A stretch of 34,012 nt of DNA from positions 1 through 34,012 of IMG/VR virus record IMGVR_UViG_3300036982_000376; one strand, written 5' to 3'. Source of the stretch: a virus. Taxonomy: Duplodnaviria; Caudoviricetes. The first letter of the stretch is position 1, and each line of letters starts with the position of its first letter. The notes below the pieces were generated by a model. The model was not told the DNA's origin. It made no database searches and saw nothing but the letters and a program-made list of their open reading frames with translations. The position numbers and the translations under genes were made by a program. This document shows, piece by piece, positions 5,719 through 13,975 of the stretch.

Positions 5719-6600
5719 ATGGATGCACGCGCCGGCAAGCACTCGCCACAGGTGACCGTCTGCCATCTCGCGCTTGACAAGGCCGACGCACACCAATGGT
5801 TCCTGCTCCGCTCCGACGCGCACCACGACTCGACCGCGTGCGATCAGGACTTCGAGATGCGCCACCTCCTCGAGGCCGAGCGGCGCGACGCGCTCATCTG
5901 CGACGCAGGCGACCTCTTCGACTGCATGAACGGGCGGTACGACAAGCGCGCCGACCGCGAGCACCTGCGCCCCGAGTACCAGCACGGGCCGTACATGAAC
6001 CGCCTGATCGAAGTCGCCGAGGCGCGGTACGCCCGCTTCGCTCCGCGCTGGCTGCACATGTCGCCGGGCAACCATGAGACCGCGGTCGCCAAACACAACG
6101 ACTTCGACCTGACGCAGCAGCTCTACGCGCGGCTGAAGCCCAACGCGCCGTTACTCAACCTCGGCCGGTACGCGGGCTACATCCGAGTCCAGATCACGAA
6201 GAGCGACCGCCGCGTCGGATCGGTCGTCATCGCGTACCACCACGGGTTCGGCGGGTCCGCGCCCGTCACGCGCGGCGTCATCCAGACGAACCGAATGGCG
6301 ATCGCCTACCCCGACGCCGACATCGTGTGGGCGGGGCACACCCACACCGAATACTACCTGTCGATCGCCCGCCAGCGAATCGACAACTGGAACAATGTGA
6401 CGCGCGACGAGCAGCTCCACATCCGATCCCCTGGCTACAAGGAGGACACGGGCGGCGGCTCGGGCTGGGCCGTCGAGAAAGGATTCATGCCGCAGAGCAT
6501 GGGCGCGTGGTGGCTCAAGGTCGGCGTCGAGCACAGGCCGATTCCCGGCAAGCGCAACGGCAACTATTTCCCCACCTACACCTTGGAGGCCGCGAAATGA
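5719..6600 (+). CDS. calcineurin-like metallophosphoesterase
   Basis: All five motifs present: SDAH, GDLFD, GNHE, HHG, GHTH. Confidence 0.9.
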   Translation: MDARAGKHSPQVTVCHLALDKADAHQWFLLRSDAHHDSTACDQDFEMRHLLEAERRDALICDAGDLFDCMNGRYDKRADREHLRPEYQHGPYMNRLIEVAEARYARFAPRWLHMSPGNHETAVAKHNDFDLTQQLYARLKPNAPLLNLGRYAGYIRVQITKSDRRVGSVVIAYHHGFGGSAPVTRGVIQTNRMAIAYPDADIVWAGHTHTEYYLSIARQRIDNWNNVTRDEQLHIRSPGYKEDTGGGSGWAVEKGFMPQSMGAWWLKVGVEHRPIPGKRNGNYFPTYTLEAAK

Positions 6601-6896
6601 GCGAGGAGCCGAAGGAGCAGCCGAAGCCGTCCAAGCCGAAGCAGACGCCTTCCACGCTGTCCGCCGAGGACATCGAGGCCGGCACGATGGCGCGTCTCTG
6701 CCGCGAGGCCGTCGAGGTCGTGGGCGCGGACGCGGTCTTGGTCGTGTGGACGAAGCAGCGGAAGCGCAAGACCACGATCTGCCAGACCGCGCTCGGGAAC
6801 GGGCTGACGGTCGCGGGCCTGATGCGATGGGTCGCCGAGAAGGTCGAGGAGTCCGAGGAGGAACAGGACGAGGAAGAGGACGAGGACGAGGACTGA
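6597..6896 (+). CDS. hypothetical protein with acidic tail
   Basis: ATGA overlap, SD GGAGG; ends EESEEEQDEEEDEDED. Confidence 0.75.
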   Translation: MSEEPKEQPKPSKPKQTPSTLSAEDIEAGTMARLCREAVEVVGADAVLVVWTKQRKRKTTICQTALGNGLTVAGLMRWVAEKVEESEEEQDEEEDEDED

Positions 6897-6959
6897 TCGC
6901 GACCCGCAATAAAAGGCGCGGTGTGGTCGCGTTCGCCTCGCGCCGATGAAGGAGTGACG

Positions 6960-7253
6960 ATGGCAGAAGACAAGGAAAGGCGGCGTCCACAGATCGCGAC
7001 CGTGGTCGGCATCGGGCAGATTCTCGCCATGATGCTTGGCTTCGGCTCGGTCATCTACGCGCTCGGCCAGAAGGGCGAGCAGCTCGACCGCGCGCGCGCC
7101 GACATGCACGCGCTGTCGGACGCGGTCGCCGACCTCGCGTCGGCACAGGCATCCGCGGCGGTCGCGGATGCGAAGGACAAGTCCTCGATCGAGGACATCA
7201 AGCGGCGCATCGACGCGCTCGAGCGCGTTCTCGAGTCGCTGCGTATCCGATAG
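6960..7253 (+). CDS. membrane-anchored coiled-coil protein (lysis region)
   Basis: SD AAGGAG; N-terminal hydrophobic helix then coiled coil. Confidence 0.7.
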   Translation: MAEDKERRRPQIATVVGIGQILAMMLGFGSVIYALGQKGEQLDRARADMHALSDAVADLASAQASAAVADAKDKSSIEDIKRRIDALERVLESLRIR

Positions 7254-7261
7254 GAGACACC

Positions 7262-7462
7262 ATGAAGGGTTCACACAAGACCACGCTCGCAGGCATCGGC
7301 GCGATCCTCGTCGCCGGGGGCTCGCTTCTCCAGGCGCTGTTCGACGGCAACCCCGCGACCGAGCCCGACTACGCCGCGCTCGTCGCCGCCGTGATGGCCG
7401 GCGTCGGGCTGATCTTCGCGCGCGACAACGGAGTGACCTCCGAGCAGGCGGGCGCGAAGTGA
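7262..7462 (+). CDS. putative holin
   Basis: 66 aa, two TM helices, KTTLAGIGAIL...GVGLIFARD pattern; SD AGGAG. Confidence 0.65.
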   Translation: MKGSHKTTLAGIGAILVAGGSLLQALFDGNPATEPDYAALVAAVMAGVGLIFARDNGVTSEQAGAK

Positions 7463-7653
7463 ACGGATGCTGCGAGCGGAGCCAGTACGAAAGGCTGCTG
7501 CGCGCAGCCGACATCGCCGACAGGCTGATGATCCTGCACGACTCGCAGATGTTCTCTTTTTGGATGGACATCAAGCGCGAACTGGCCGCGGCTTCCGAGG
7601 AGATCCGGTCGCTTCGCCATCAGCTCGAGGATCTGAAGAATGACAAGGCTTGA
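7459..7653 (+). CDS. hypothetical protein
   Basis: GTGA overlap; DIADRL...AASEEIRSLR coiled coil. Confidence 0.6.
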   Translation: MNGCCERSQYERLLRAADIADRLMILHDSQMFSFWMDIKRELAAASEEIRSLRHQLEDLKNDKA

Positions 7654-7990
7654 ACTTCGGAGCGTCGAATGCGTGGAGTCATCGAAGGGATCGTCGTCGC
7701 GCTCCTCGGGTGGCTTCAGCGTCTCGCCGAGCGTGGAAGCGTTGGGGTTGATTCGCCTTCTGATCGCGGCGCTCTTCGCCGCGGCGGCACTCGCATACGC
7801 AAGTGGCTGCGCGAGAACGGTGCTCGTCCCCGAGTCGGCCCCGATCAGGATCGGCCCCGAGACTAGGGCGCGGGTCTACGCGGTCGACCCCGAGTCGAAG
7901 CTGTGGCGGCTTTCCGAGAACCGCGTCGAGATCCCCGAGGGCTGGTACTGCGTGCCGCCTTCTTTCGTGGAGGGCGAGGCCGATGGCTGA
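7640..7990 (+). CDS. lipoprotein, putative o-spanin (true start may be internal)
   Basis: Hydrophobic stretch LIAALFAAAALAYASG-C lipobox, Pro-rich mature part ARTVLVPESAPIRIGP. Confidence 0.6.
   Translation: MTRLELRSVECVESSKGSSSRSSGGFSVSPSVEALGLIRLLIAALFAAAALAYASGCARTVLVPESAPIRIGPETRARVYAVDPESKLWRLSENRVEIPEGWYCVPPSFVEGEADG
7669..7866 (+). CDS. putative short i-spanin overlapping the lipoprotein gene in another frame
   Basis: SD GGAG; N-terminal hydrophobic segment; Rz/Rz1-like overlap. Confidence 0.45.
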   Translation: MRGVIEGIVVALLGWLQRLAERGSVGVDSPSDRGALRRGGTRIRKWLRENGARPRVGPDQDRPRD

Positions 7991-8327
7991 GTACGACTGG
8001 ACGATCAAGCAGGGCCAGACGGAGACCCTCACGCTGACCTACGAGGCCGACCTCACGGGCTATCAGGTCCGCGCGCAGGGCCGCGAGACCTTCGAGAGCA
8101 CGGCGACGATCTTCTCGGCGACGAGTTCGCCCGCCGCCGGCATCGTGTTCACGGCGGGCGCGACCGCGTCCACGGCCATCATCACGCTGTCGAGCACGAC
8201 GACCGCGGCGCTCTCCGCGCCGTTCCAAGGCGTCTGGGATGTCGAGTTCTACAACAGCGCAAGCCCGCCCGTCGTGATCTCGCCCGTGCGCGGCGGGTTC
8301 GTCGTGATCCCAGAAGTCACCCGATGA
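7983..8327 (+). CDS. virion structural adaptor-like protein (BppU N-terminal-like beta sandwich)
   Basis: YDWTIKQGQT...DLTGYQVRAQGR...ITLSSTTTAAL...GVWDVEF...GGFVVIPEVTR. Confidence 0.65.
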   Translation: MAEYDWTIKQGQTETLTLTYEADLTGYQVRAQGRETFESTATIFSATSSPAAGIVFTAGATASTAIITLSSTTTAALSAPFQGVWDVEFYNSASPPVVISPVRGGFVVIPEVTR

Positions 8328-9841
8328 GCAATGTGAACCTGACCATCTCCCCGACCGTCGCGTATGTGACCGTCTCGCCTGTTCAGACCGCGCTGACGAT
8401 CTCGGGCGTGACGAGCATCCCGAGCGGTGCCGCGGGCGGCGACCTCGGCGGGTCGTACCCGAATCCCACGGTGGACGGTCTGCAAGGCCGCGCGCTGGCG
8501 TCCACGGCCCCGACGAGCGGTCAGGCGCTTGTGTGGAACGACGCGCTGGCGCAGTGGGAGCCGGGCGCTCCGACCGCCACGGTCTCGGACGGCGACAAGG
8601 GCGACATCACGGTCAGCGCGGCCGGCGCGACATGGACGATCGACAACGACGCCGTCACGCTGTCGAAGATCCAGGACATCACGACCGAGCGGCTCCTCGG
8701 AAACTCCGTGGGCGCGGCGGCTTCTCCTTCGGAGATCGCGGTCAGCAGCCCGCTCGGCTTCAACGGCGTCAGCGGAAACCTCCAGTTCAACGCGCCGGGC
8801 ACGAACGGACAGGTCTACTACCGCGCGAGCGGCGCGCTGGCAACGAGCGCGAAGCTCGCGTGGAACGACGCCACGGCGACGCTGACCATCGCGGACCTCG
8901 CGGGCGACCAGATCGCGATCTCTCCGTTCGGGTTCGCTGGCACGCTGTACTCGGTCAGCGGCACGAACACGGGCGACCAGTTCACCTCCCTTCCCGCCGA
9001 TGTGGTGCTCGGACGCACGACGGGCACGGGGGCGGCGCAGCAGATCACCTGCACGGCGGCGGGCCGCGCGATCCTCGACGACGCGAACGCGTTGGCGCAG
9101 CGCACGACGCTGGGCCTCGGCACCACCGACAGCCCGCAGTTCGCGCGGGTCAGCCTTCAGAACGGCGAGTTCATCGAGAACACGATCGACGGCGATGTGC
9201 ACATCATGCCAGCGCCGGACAACTCGAACTTCGTGGGCCTGCGGTTCCAGTTCAACTGGGCGTTCGACACCGTGCGGATCGGAACGCGGCGCAGCCTGAC
9301 GGGCGCGAACGACGACGGGCGCGTGCAGTGGCTCGTGCCGCTGCAGGTGTTCGACAACATCAACATGATCTTCGGCGACTCGAGCCGAAGCGCGATCCGT
9401 CAGGCGCAGGGTTCCTCGAGGCCGCAGACCCTGCAGATCGGCGTGAACGCCGTCGACATCGTCGGAGTCGAGAGCGACTCGAACCACGCGCTGGTGCTCT
9501 GCAGCTACGGACACCTCGGCAACGCCGCGCGGATGCCGTCGACGCTGTACAGCGATCCGTCGTTCCTCGTCTACTCTGCGGACATCGCGCAGGCGAACGA
9601 CTTCGCGCGGATGACGCACGACCAGACGGACGGACTCCTCGAGAGCGGCAACGGCAAGATGCGCATCAAGGGCGCGTCGGTCGTGCGCATCGAAGGCCCG
9701 AGCGGCGGGTTCGATCTTCCCGCGACGGCTGGCAGCGTCGGACAGGTGCTCACGACTGACGGCACGAACGCATCGTGGGCGACGCCGACCGGCGGCGGAT
9801 TGTCCGAAGAGGACGCGGTTGCATTGGCGGTGGCACTATGA
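8324..9841 (+). CDS. tail/head fibre-like protein
   Basis: Recurrent fibre modules GGDLGGSYPNPTV, DGDKGDITVS...TWTIDNDAVT, SGTNTGDQ, TAAGRAILDD...AQRTTLGLG, GQVLTTDG. Confidence 0.75.
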   Translation: MSNVNLTISPTVAYVTVSPVQTALTISGVTSIPSGAAGGDLGGSYPNPTVDGLQGRALASTAPTSGQALVWNDALAQWEPGAPTATVSDGDKGDITVSAAGATWTIDNDAVTLSKIQDITTERLLGNSVGAAASPSEIAVSSPLGFNGVSGNLQFNAPGTNGQVYYRASGALATSAKLAWNDATATLTIADLAGDQIAISPFGFAGTLYSVSGTNTGDQFTSLPADVVLGRTTGTGAAQQITCTAAGRAILDDANALAQRTTLGLGTTDSPQFARVSLQNGEFIENTIDGDVHIMPAPDNSNFVGLRFQFNWAFDTVRIGTRRSLTGANDDGRVQWLVPLQVFDNINMIFGDSSRSAIRQAQGSSRPQTLQIGVNAVDIVGVESDSNHALVLCSYGHLGNAARMPSTLYSDPSFLVYSADIAQANDFARMTHDQTDGLLESGNGKMRIKGASVVRIEGPSGGFDLPATAGSVGQVLTTDGTNASWATPTGGGLSEEDAVALAVAL

Positions 9842-11037
9842 AGAGAATCCTTGACCGTACCGACTTCGTGTTCACGCCGGGCGCAGCGGGCGCGGGAACG
9901 ATCGCTTTCCGCGGCGAACCGCCGACCTTCGAGAACATCCAGCTCGTCACGAATGTCACGCGCGGCATCGTCGTGTACCAGTTCAACAGCACGACGAGGG
10001 GTTCGGCGGGCTACAACGAGGTCACGAACACGCTCACGCTCGACCTCGACACCTCGACGCACAGCGCGTCCGATGTGCTTCAGGCCATCGTGGAGGAGGC
10101 CGAGGAAGAGAACGGCTTCACGCGCGTCGGCGGCGTCGATCCGCTCGGAAACCACATGGGCCTTCGCGTCAACGAGAAAGGCCACTTCGTCCCGAGCGAT
10201 CAGCGGCTGGTGAGCCGCACGCTTGACCGCGTCGGGTCGATGGCGATGGTCGAGACCACCGGATACAACTCCGTCGTGGTGCAGTTGGCCGGAACATGGG
10301 CGGGAACGCAGTCGTTCGAGGTGTCGAACGACGGCACTTCGTGGAATGCCTGCGCCGGATGGTCCGTGACCGGCGGCGCGACTCCCGTGACATCCGCTAC
10401 GGCCAACGGGCACTGGATGCTTCCGTGCGCGGGACGCTACTTCCGCGTCCGGTTCTCGGCATATACGAGCGGATTCGCGGCGGTGATTCTCGCGTTGAAG
10501 AACCAGCCCGCGTTCTTTCCGACGAACTCGCCGAGCATGAACATCTCGCAGATCGGCGCGGGCGCGATCGTCGCCGAGGACACGGCCTCGACGGCCAACC
10601 CGCTCATCATCGGCGGCGTGGTGCGAACCGCGCTCCCCGCCGCGACAGTGGTCGCGGGCGACGCCGTGCGCTCGACCTTCTCGCGCAGCGGGCAACTCGT
10701 ATGCAAGGACTTCGCCCCGGGCGACCTCGACTTCATCGTCAACACGACCGTCACGACGGCCACGCAGACCGCGATCCGCGCCGCGCAGGGAACAGACATC
10801 CGCCAGAATGTGACGCAGATCACCTACCAGAACACCAACGCGACCGCGACCACGCTGACGATTCAGGACGCGTCGGCCACGCTGATCGCGATCTCGGTTC
10901 CCGCGAGCATGACGCTCGCGCAGCAACTCACCTTCCCGACTCCCTTGCGCGGCACGGCAAACGCCGCGCTGAACTACACCGCCGGCACGACTGGCGCAAG
11001 CATCCTGCTCAATGTGACGGGCTTCAACTCCTACTGA
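9838..11037 (+). CDS. virion structural/fibre-associated protein
   Basis: ATGA overlap; Thr/Ala/Gly-rich, beta-rich; FTPGAAGAGTI, LVTNVTRGIVVY N-domain. Confidence 0.7.
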   Translation: MKRILDRTDFVFTPGAAGAGTIAFRGEPPTFENIQLVTNVTRGIVVYQFNSTTRGSAGYNEVTNTLTLDLDTSTHSASDVLQAIVEEAEEENGFTRVGGVDPLGNHMGLRVNEKGHFVPSDQRLVSRTLDRVGSMAMVETTGYNSVVVQLAGTWAGTQSFEVSNDGTSWNACAGWSVTGGATPVTSATANGHWMLPCAGRYFRVRFSAYTSGFAAVILALKNQPAFFPTNSPSMNISQIGAGAIVAEDTASTANPLIIGGVVRTALPAATVVAGDAVRSTFSRSGQLVCKDFAPGDLDFIVNTTVTTATQTAIRAAQGTDIRQNVTQITYQNTNATATTLTIQDASATLIAISVPASMTLAQQLTFPTPLRGTANAALNYTAGTTGASILLNVTGFNSY

Positions 11038-11047
11038 GACACGAACC

Positions 11048-11686
11048 ATGCTCCTTCAGAACATCGTCGGACAGCCCGCAGCGGGCGCGAACAACGCACT
11101 CCTGAACAGCCGCGCAGGACAGCTTGGCGACACCATCGTCAGCGAACTGCACGGGCGCTACTACGAGACGAACTACCGCGGCAATGTGTTCCTGCTGTCC
11201 GTCGCGACGGCGGCTGCGGTCACCGCCTACACGGGCGGCGCGGGCGGAACTCCGATGCTCGCCGTCTTCAACCCGGTCGGCTCGGGAAAGAACCTCGTCA
11301 TCAGCAAGGTCTCGATCGGCAATGTGGTGGCTGCAAGCGCCGCGGGCACGGTCGCATTCGGGCTGTACTTCGGAACGACCGCGACCATCACCCAGGCCAC
11401 GACCGTAGCGCCGTGGAGCATGTCGACGCAGTTGCAGAGCGGCTCGGTCGCGACGGGCTTCCGCAATGTGGCGCTGACCTCGGGCAGCGCCGCGAACAAT
11501 GTCCTCTCGCTCGGCTCGTACTACTGGGCGACCGCTGCTGGCGTGGCCGACATCTTCAACAACGCGATCGACTTCGAGGGAGCGCTGATGATCCCGCCCG
11601 GCGCGTATGTGGCGCTCGGCGGATCATCGGCGCTGACCTCGGCGACCTGGATCGGCTCGATCATGTGGGAAGAAGTGCCTGTCTGA
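11048..11686 (+). CDS. virion structural beta-sandwich protein
   Basis: Ala/Gly/Thr-rich; FNPVGSGKNLVI, LMIPPG, WEEVPV end. Confidence 0.7.
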   Translation: MLLQNIVGQPAAGANNALLNSRAGQLGDTIVSELHGRYYETNYRGNVFLLSVATAAAVTAYTGGAGGTPMLAVFNPVGSGKNLVISKVSIGNVVAASAAGTVAFGLYFGTTATITQATTVAPWSMSTQLQSGSVATGFRNVALTSGSAANNVLSLGSYYWATAAGVADIFNNAIDFEGALMIPPGAYVALGGSSALTSATWIGSIMWEEVPV

Positions 11687-11698
11687 TAGGTGGACGCC

Positions 11699-11863
11699 AT
11701 GACCAACGCCGAAAGACTCGCGCTCGCGAGGAACAAGCTCGCCCGTCTTGAGATGTCCCGTCGTCTTGCGTGGGACGCTGGCGAAGAGGATCAGGTCTGC
11801 AACATCGACGCGGACATCGCGGCGACGAGCGCGCGCATTGTAGAGCTTGAGGCGGGGCAGTAG
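11699..11863 (+). CDS. 54-aa helical protein (absent from ORF track)
   Basis: SD AGGTGG; MTNAERLALARNKLARLEMSRRLAWDAGEEDQVCNIDADIAATSARIVELEAGQ*. Confidence 0.65.
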   Translation: MTNAERLALARNKLARLEMSRRLAWDAGEEDQVCNIDADIAATSARIVELEAGQ

Positions 11864-11866
11864 ACT
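11838..11866 (+). promoter_or_regulatory. putative sigma70-type promoter for methyltransferase/terminase genes
   Basis: TTGTAG-17 bp-TAGACT. Confidence 0.5.
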
Positions 11867-11896
11867 CCGCAAGCCACGACAACACGGAGGATGCGA

Positions 11897-12496
11897 ATGA
11901 CACAGGACATGCAGCCGTTTTCACAGGTCGGGCAGGACGCGTGGATCGCGCACCTGCTCGGCCCCGGCAAGACCTACCTCGACATCGGCGCGGGAGAGCC
12001 GCAACTAATCAGCAACACCTACATGCTCGAGCGCATGGGGTGGGCTGGAATCCTGTGCGACATCGAGCACGAAGAGCGCCTGCGCGCGGAGCGCAAGGCG
12101 GTCGCGGTCTACGGCGACGCGTTCTCCGTGGACTGGGACAAGGCGATATCAGCCGACCGCGTGGACTACCTGAGCCTCGACCTCGAGCCGCCCGAACTGA
12201 CGCTGCGCGCGCTGTGCGCCCTCCCGCTCGCGCGCGTGCGGTTCTCGGCGATCACGATCGAGCACGACGCGTACCGCGGCAAGGCGTCGGTGCGTCAGGC
12301 AATGCGCGGCATCCTGCGGTCGTTCGGCTACGAACTGGTCGCGCCGGATGTGTGCATCGTGGTGAACGGGAAGCCGTGCCCGTTCGAGGACTGGTGGATC
12401 GACCCCGTGGCCGTGCCGTCTGGCCACGCGGCGAACCTTGCGGCGCTCGTCCGCGCGGAGTACCTGAGCCATGCCAACCCCCAAGGCCAAGTTTGA
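11897..12496 (+). CDS. FkbM-like SAM-dependent methyltransferase
   Basis: SQVGQD, YLDIGAG, ISNTYMLE..GWAGILCD, VDYLSLDLE, ITIEHD, FEDWWI. Confidence 0.85.
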   Translation: MTQDMQPFSQVGQDAWIAHLLGPGKTYLDIGAGEPQLISNTYMLERMGWAGILCDIEHEERLRAERKAVAVYGDAFSVDWDKAISADRVDYLSLDLEPPELTLRALCALPLARVRFSAITIEHDAYRGKASVRQAMRGILRSFGYELVAPDVCIVVNGKPCPFEDWWIDPVAVPSGHAANLAALVRAEYLSHANPQGQV

Positions 12497-12800
12497 CCGC
12501 AAGCTGGTTCGGACCCTCGCCGGCTACGGCTGCACGCAGGAGGAGATTGCGAACGCGTGCGGCATCAGCGAGACGACGCTGAAGAAGCACGCGCGAGCGG
12601 AACTCGACTCGGGCTACGCGGAGATGAAGCGCAGCCTCCGCAAGTGGCAGTACGAGGCGGCGAAGGGCGGCAACACGGCGCTTTTGATCTGGCTCGGCAA
12701 GCAGTACCTCGGACAGAAGGACAAGCACGAACAGACCGTCCGCGAGGAGGTCGTGACGATCGAGGAGATCGCGGCGAAGATCCCGCCGGGCGATGCGTGA
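12471..12800 (+). CDS. terS: terminase small subunit (HTH)
   Basis: GCTQEEIANACGISETTL HTH, GGNTALLIWLGKQYLGQKD; directly upstream of terL. Confidence 0.85.
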   Translation: MPTPKAKFDRKLVRTLAGYGCTQEEIANACGISETTLKKHARAELDSGYAEMKRSLRKWQYEAAKGGNTALLIWLGKQYLGQKDKHEQTVREEVVTIEEIAAKIPPGDA

Positions 12801-13975
12801 AAGTCCAGCTCCGACCGCTCTCCTCGATCCTGCACCCGAGCCAGCTGACGGTCGACGCGCAGCTCGCGCGGTTCTCCGTCTTTGAGATCGGTCGGCGCTG
12901 GGGAAAGACGACCTACGGGCGTGTCAAGGCGCAGCGCCGCGCGATCATGCGCGGCAAGGTCGCGTGGTGCGCGCCGACCTACAAGTACCTAGCCGACCCC
13001 ATGCGCGACATCGAGCGCGCGCTCGCGCCCGTCACCGCGCGCATGGACCGCGTCGAGAAGCGCCTCGAACTCGTCACGCGCGGCGTCATCGACTTCTGGT
13101 CGCTCGAGGACATCGACGCGGGCCGTGGCCGCGACTACGACCTGATCGTCGTGGACGAGGCGGGCTTCGTGCCCAAGTTGCTGGAATGGTGGCGCAACGC
13201 CGCGCGACCGACGCTCTCCGACCGCAAGGGGTCCGCGCTCTTCCTCGGCACGCCGAAGGGAACGGGAGACTTCCACCGTCTGTTCACCGAGGCCGAAGGT
13301 GACACAACTGGCACGATGCGCGCGTTCCGCGTCGGCACGATCGCGAACCCGCACATCGACCCCGACGAGGTCGAGGCCGCGCGGCGGTCGCTTCCGCCCG
13401 ATGTGTTCCGTCAGGAGTACGAGGGCGTGCCCGCCGAGGACGGCGGCAACCCGTTCGGCCTCGACGCGATCCGCGAGTGCATCGGGCCGATGTCGACGAA
13501 GCCCGCCGAGTGCTACGGCGTCGACCTCGCGAAGAGCCAAGACTACACGGTTGTCGTAGGCCTCGACGCGGACGGCTGCGTCGCGTTCCTCGACCGATGG
13601 CAGGGGCCGTGGCAACTGACCCGCGAGAAGGTCGCGCGCATCGTCGGGGACAAGCCTGCGCAGATCGACTCGACGGGCGTCGGCGATCCGATCGTCGAGG
13701 ATGTGCGCCGCGTCTGCCGGCGCGCGGAAGGCTTCAAGTTCACCTCGCAATCGAAGCAGCAGCTCATGGAGGGCCTGCAGATCGCCGTGCAGACGCGCGA
13801 CATCCGCTTCCCGGAAGGCTGGCTGCGGTCGGAACTGGAGGGCTTCGGATACCGATACTCGGGGAGGAGCGTCTCCTACGAGGCGACGGCGGGACACGAT
13901 GACGGCGTGTGCGCGCTCGCGCTTGCCGTCCACGCGCGGCGGTCGCGAAGGCCGCTGATTACGAGAGTCATATGA
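12797..13975 (+). CDS. terL: terminase large subunit
   Basis: GTG start; Walker A GRRWGKT, Walker B LIVVDEAG, GTPKG coupling motif, nuclease GVDLAK/IDSTGVGDP/HDDGV. Confidence 0.95.
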   Translation: MKVQLRPLSSILHPSQLTVDAQLARFSVFEIGRRWGKTTYGRVKAQRRAIMRGKVAWCAPTYKYLADPMRDIERALAPVTARMDRVEKRLELVTRGVIDFWSLEDIDAGRGRDYDLIVVDEAGFVPKLLEWWRNAARPTLSDRKGSALFLGTPKGTGDFHRLFTEAEGDTTGTMRAFRVGTIANPHIDPDEVEAARRSLPPDVFRQEYEGVPAEDGGNPFGLDAIRECIGPMSTKPAECYGVDLAKSQDYTVVVGLDADGCVAFLDRWQGPWQLTREKVARIVGDKPAQIDSTGVGDPIVEDVRRVCRRAEGFKFTSQSKQQLMEGLQIAVQTRDIRFPEGWLRSELEGFGYRYSGRSVSYEATAGHDDGVCALALAVHARRSRRPLITRVI

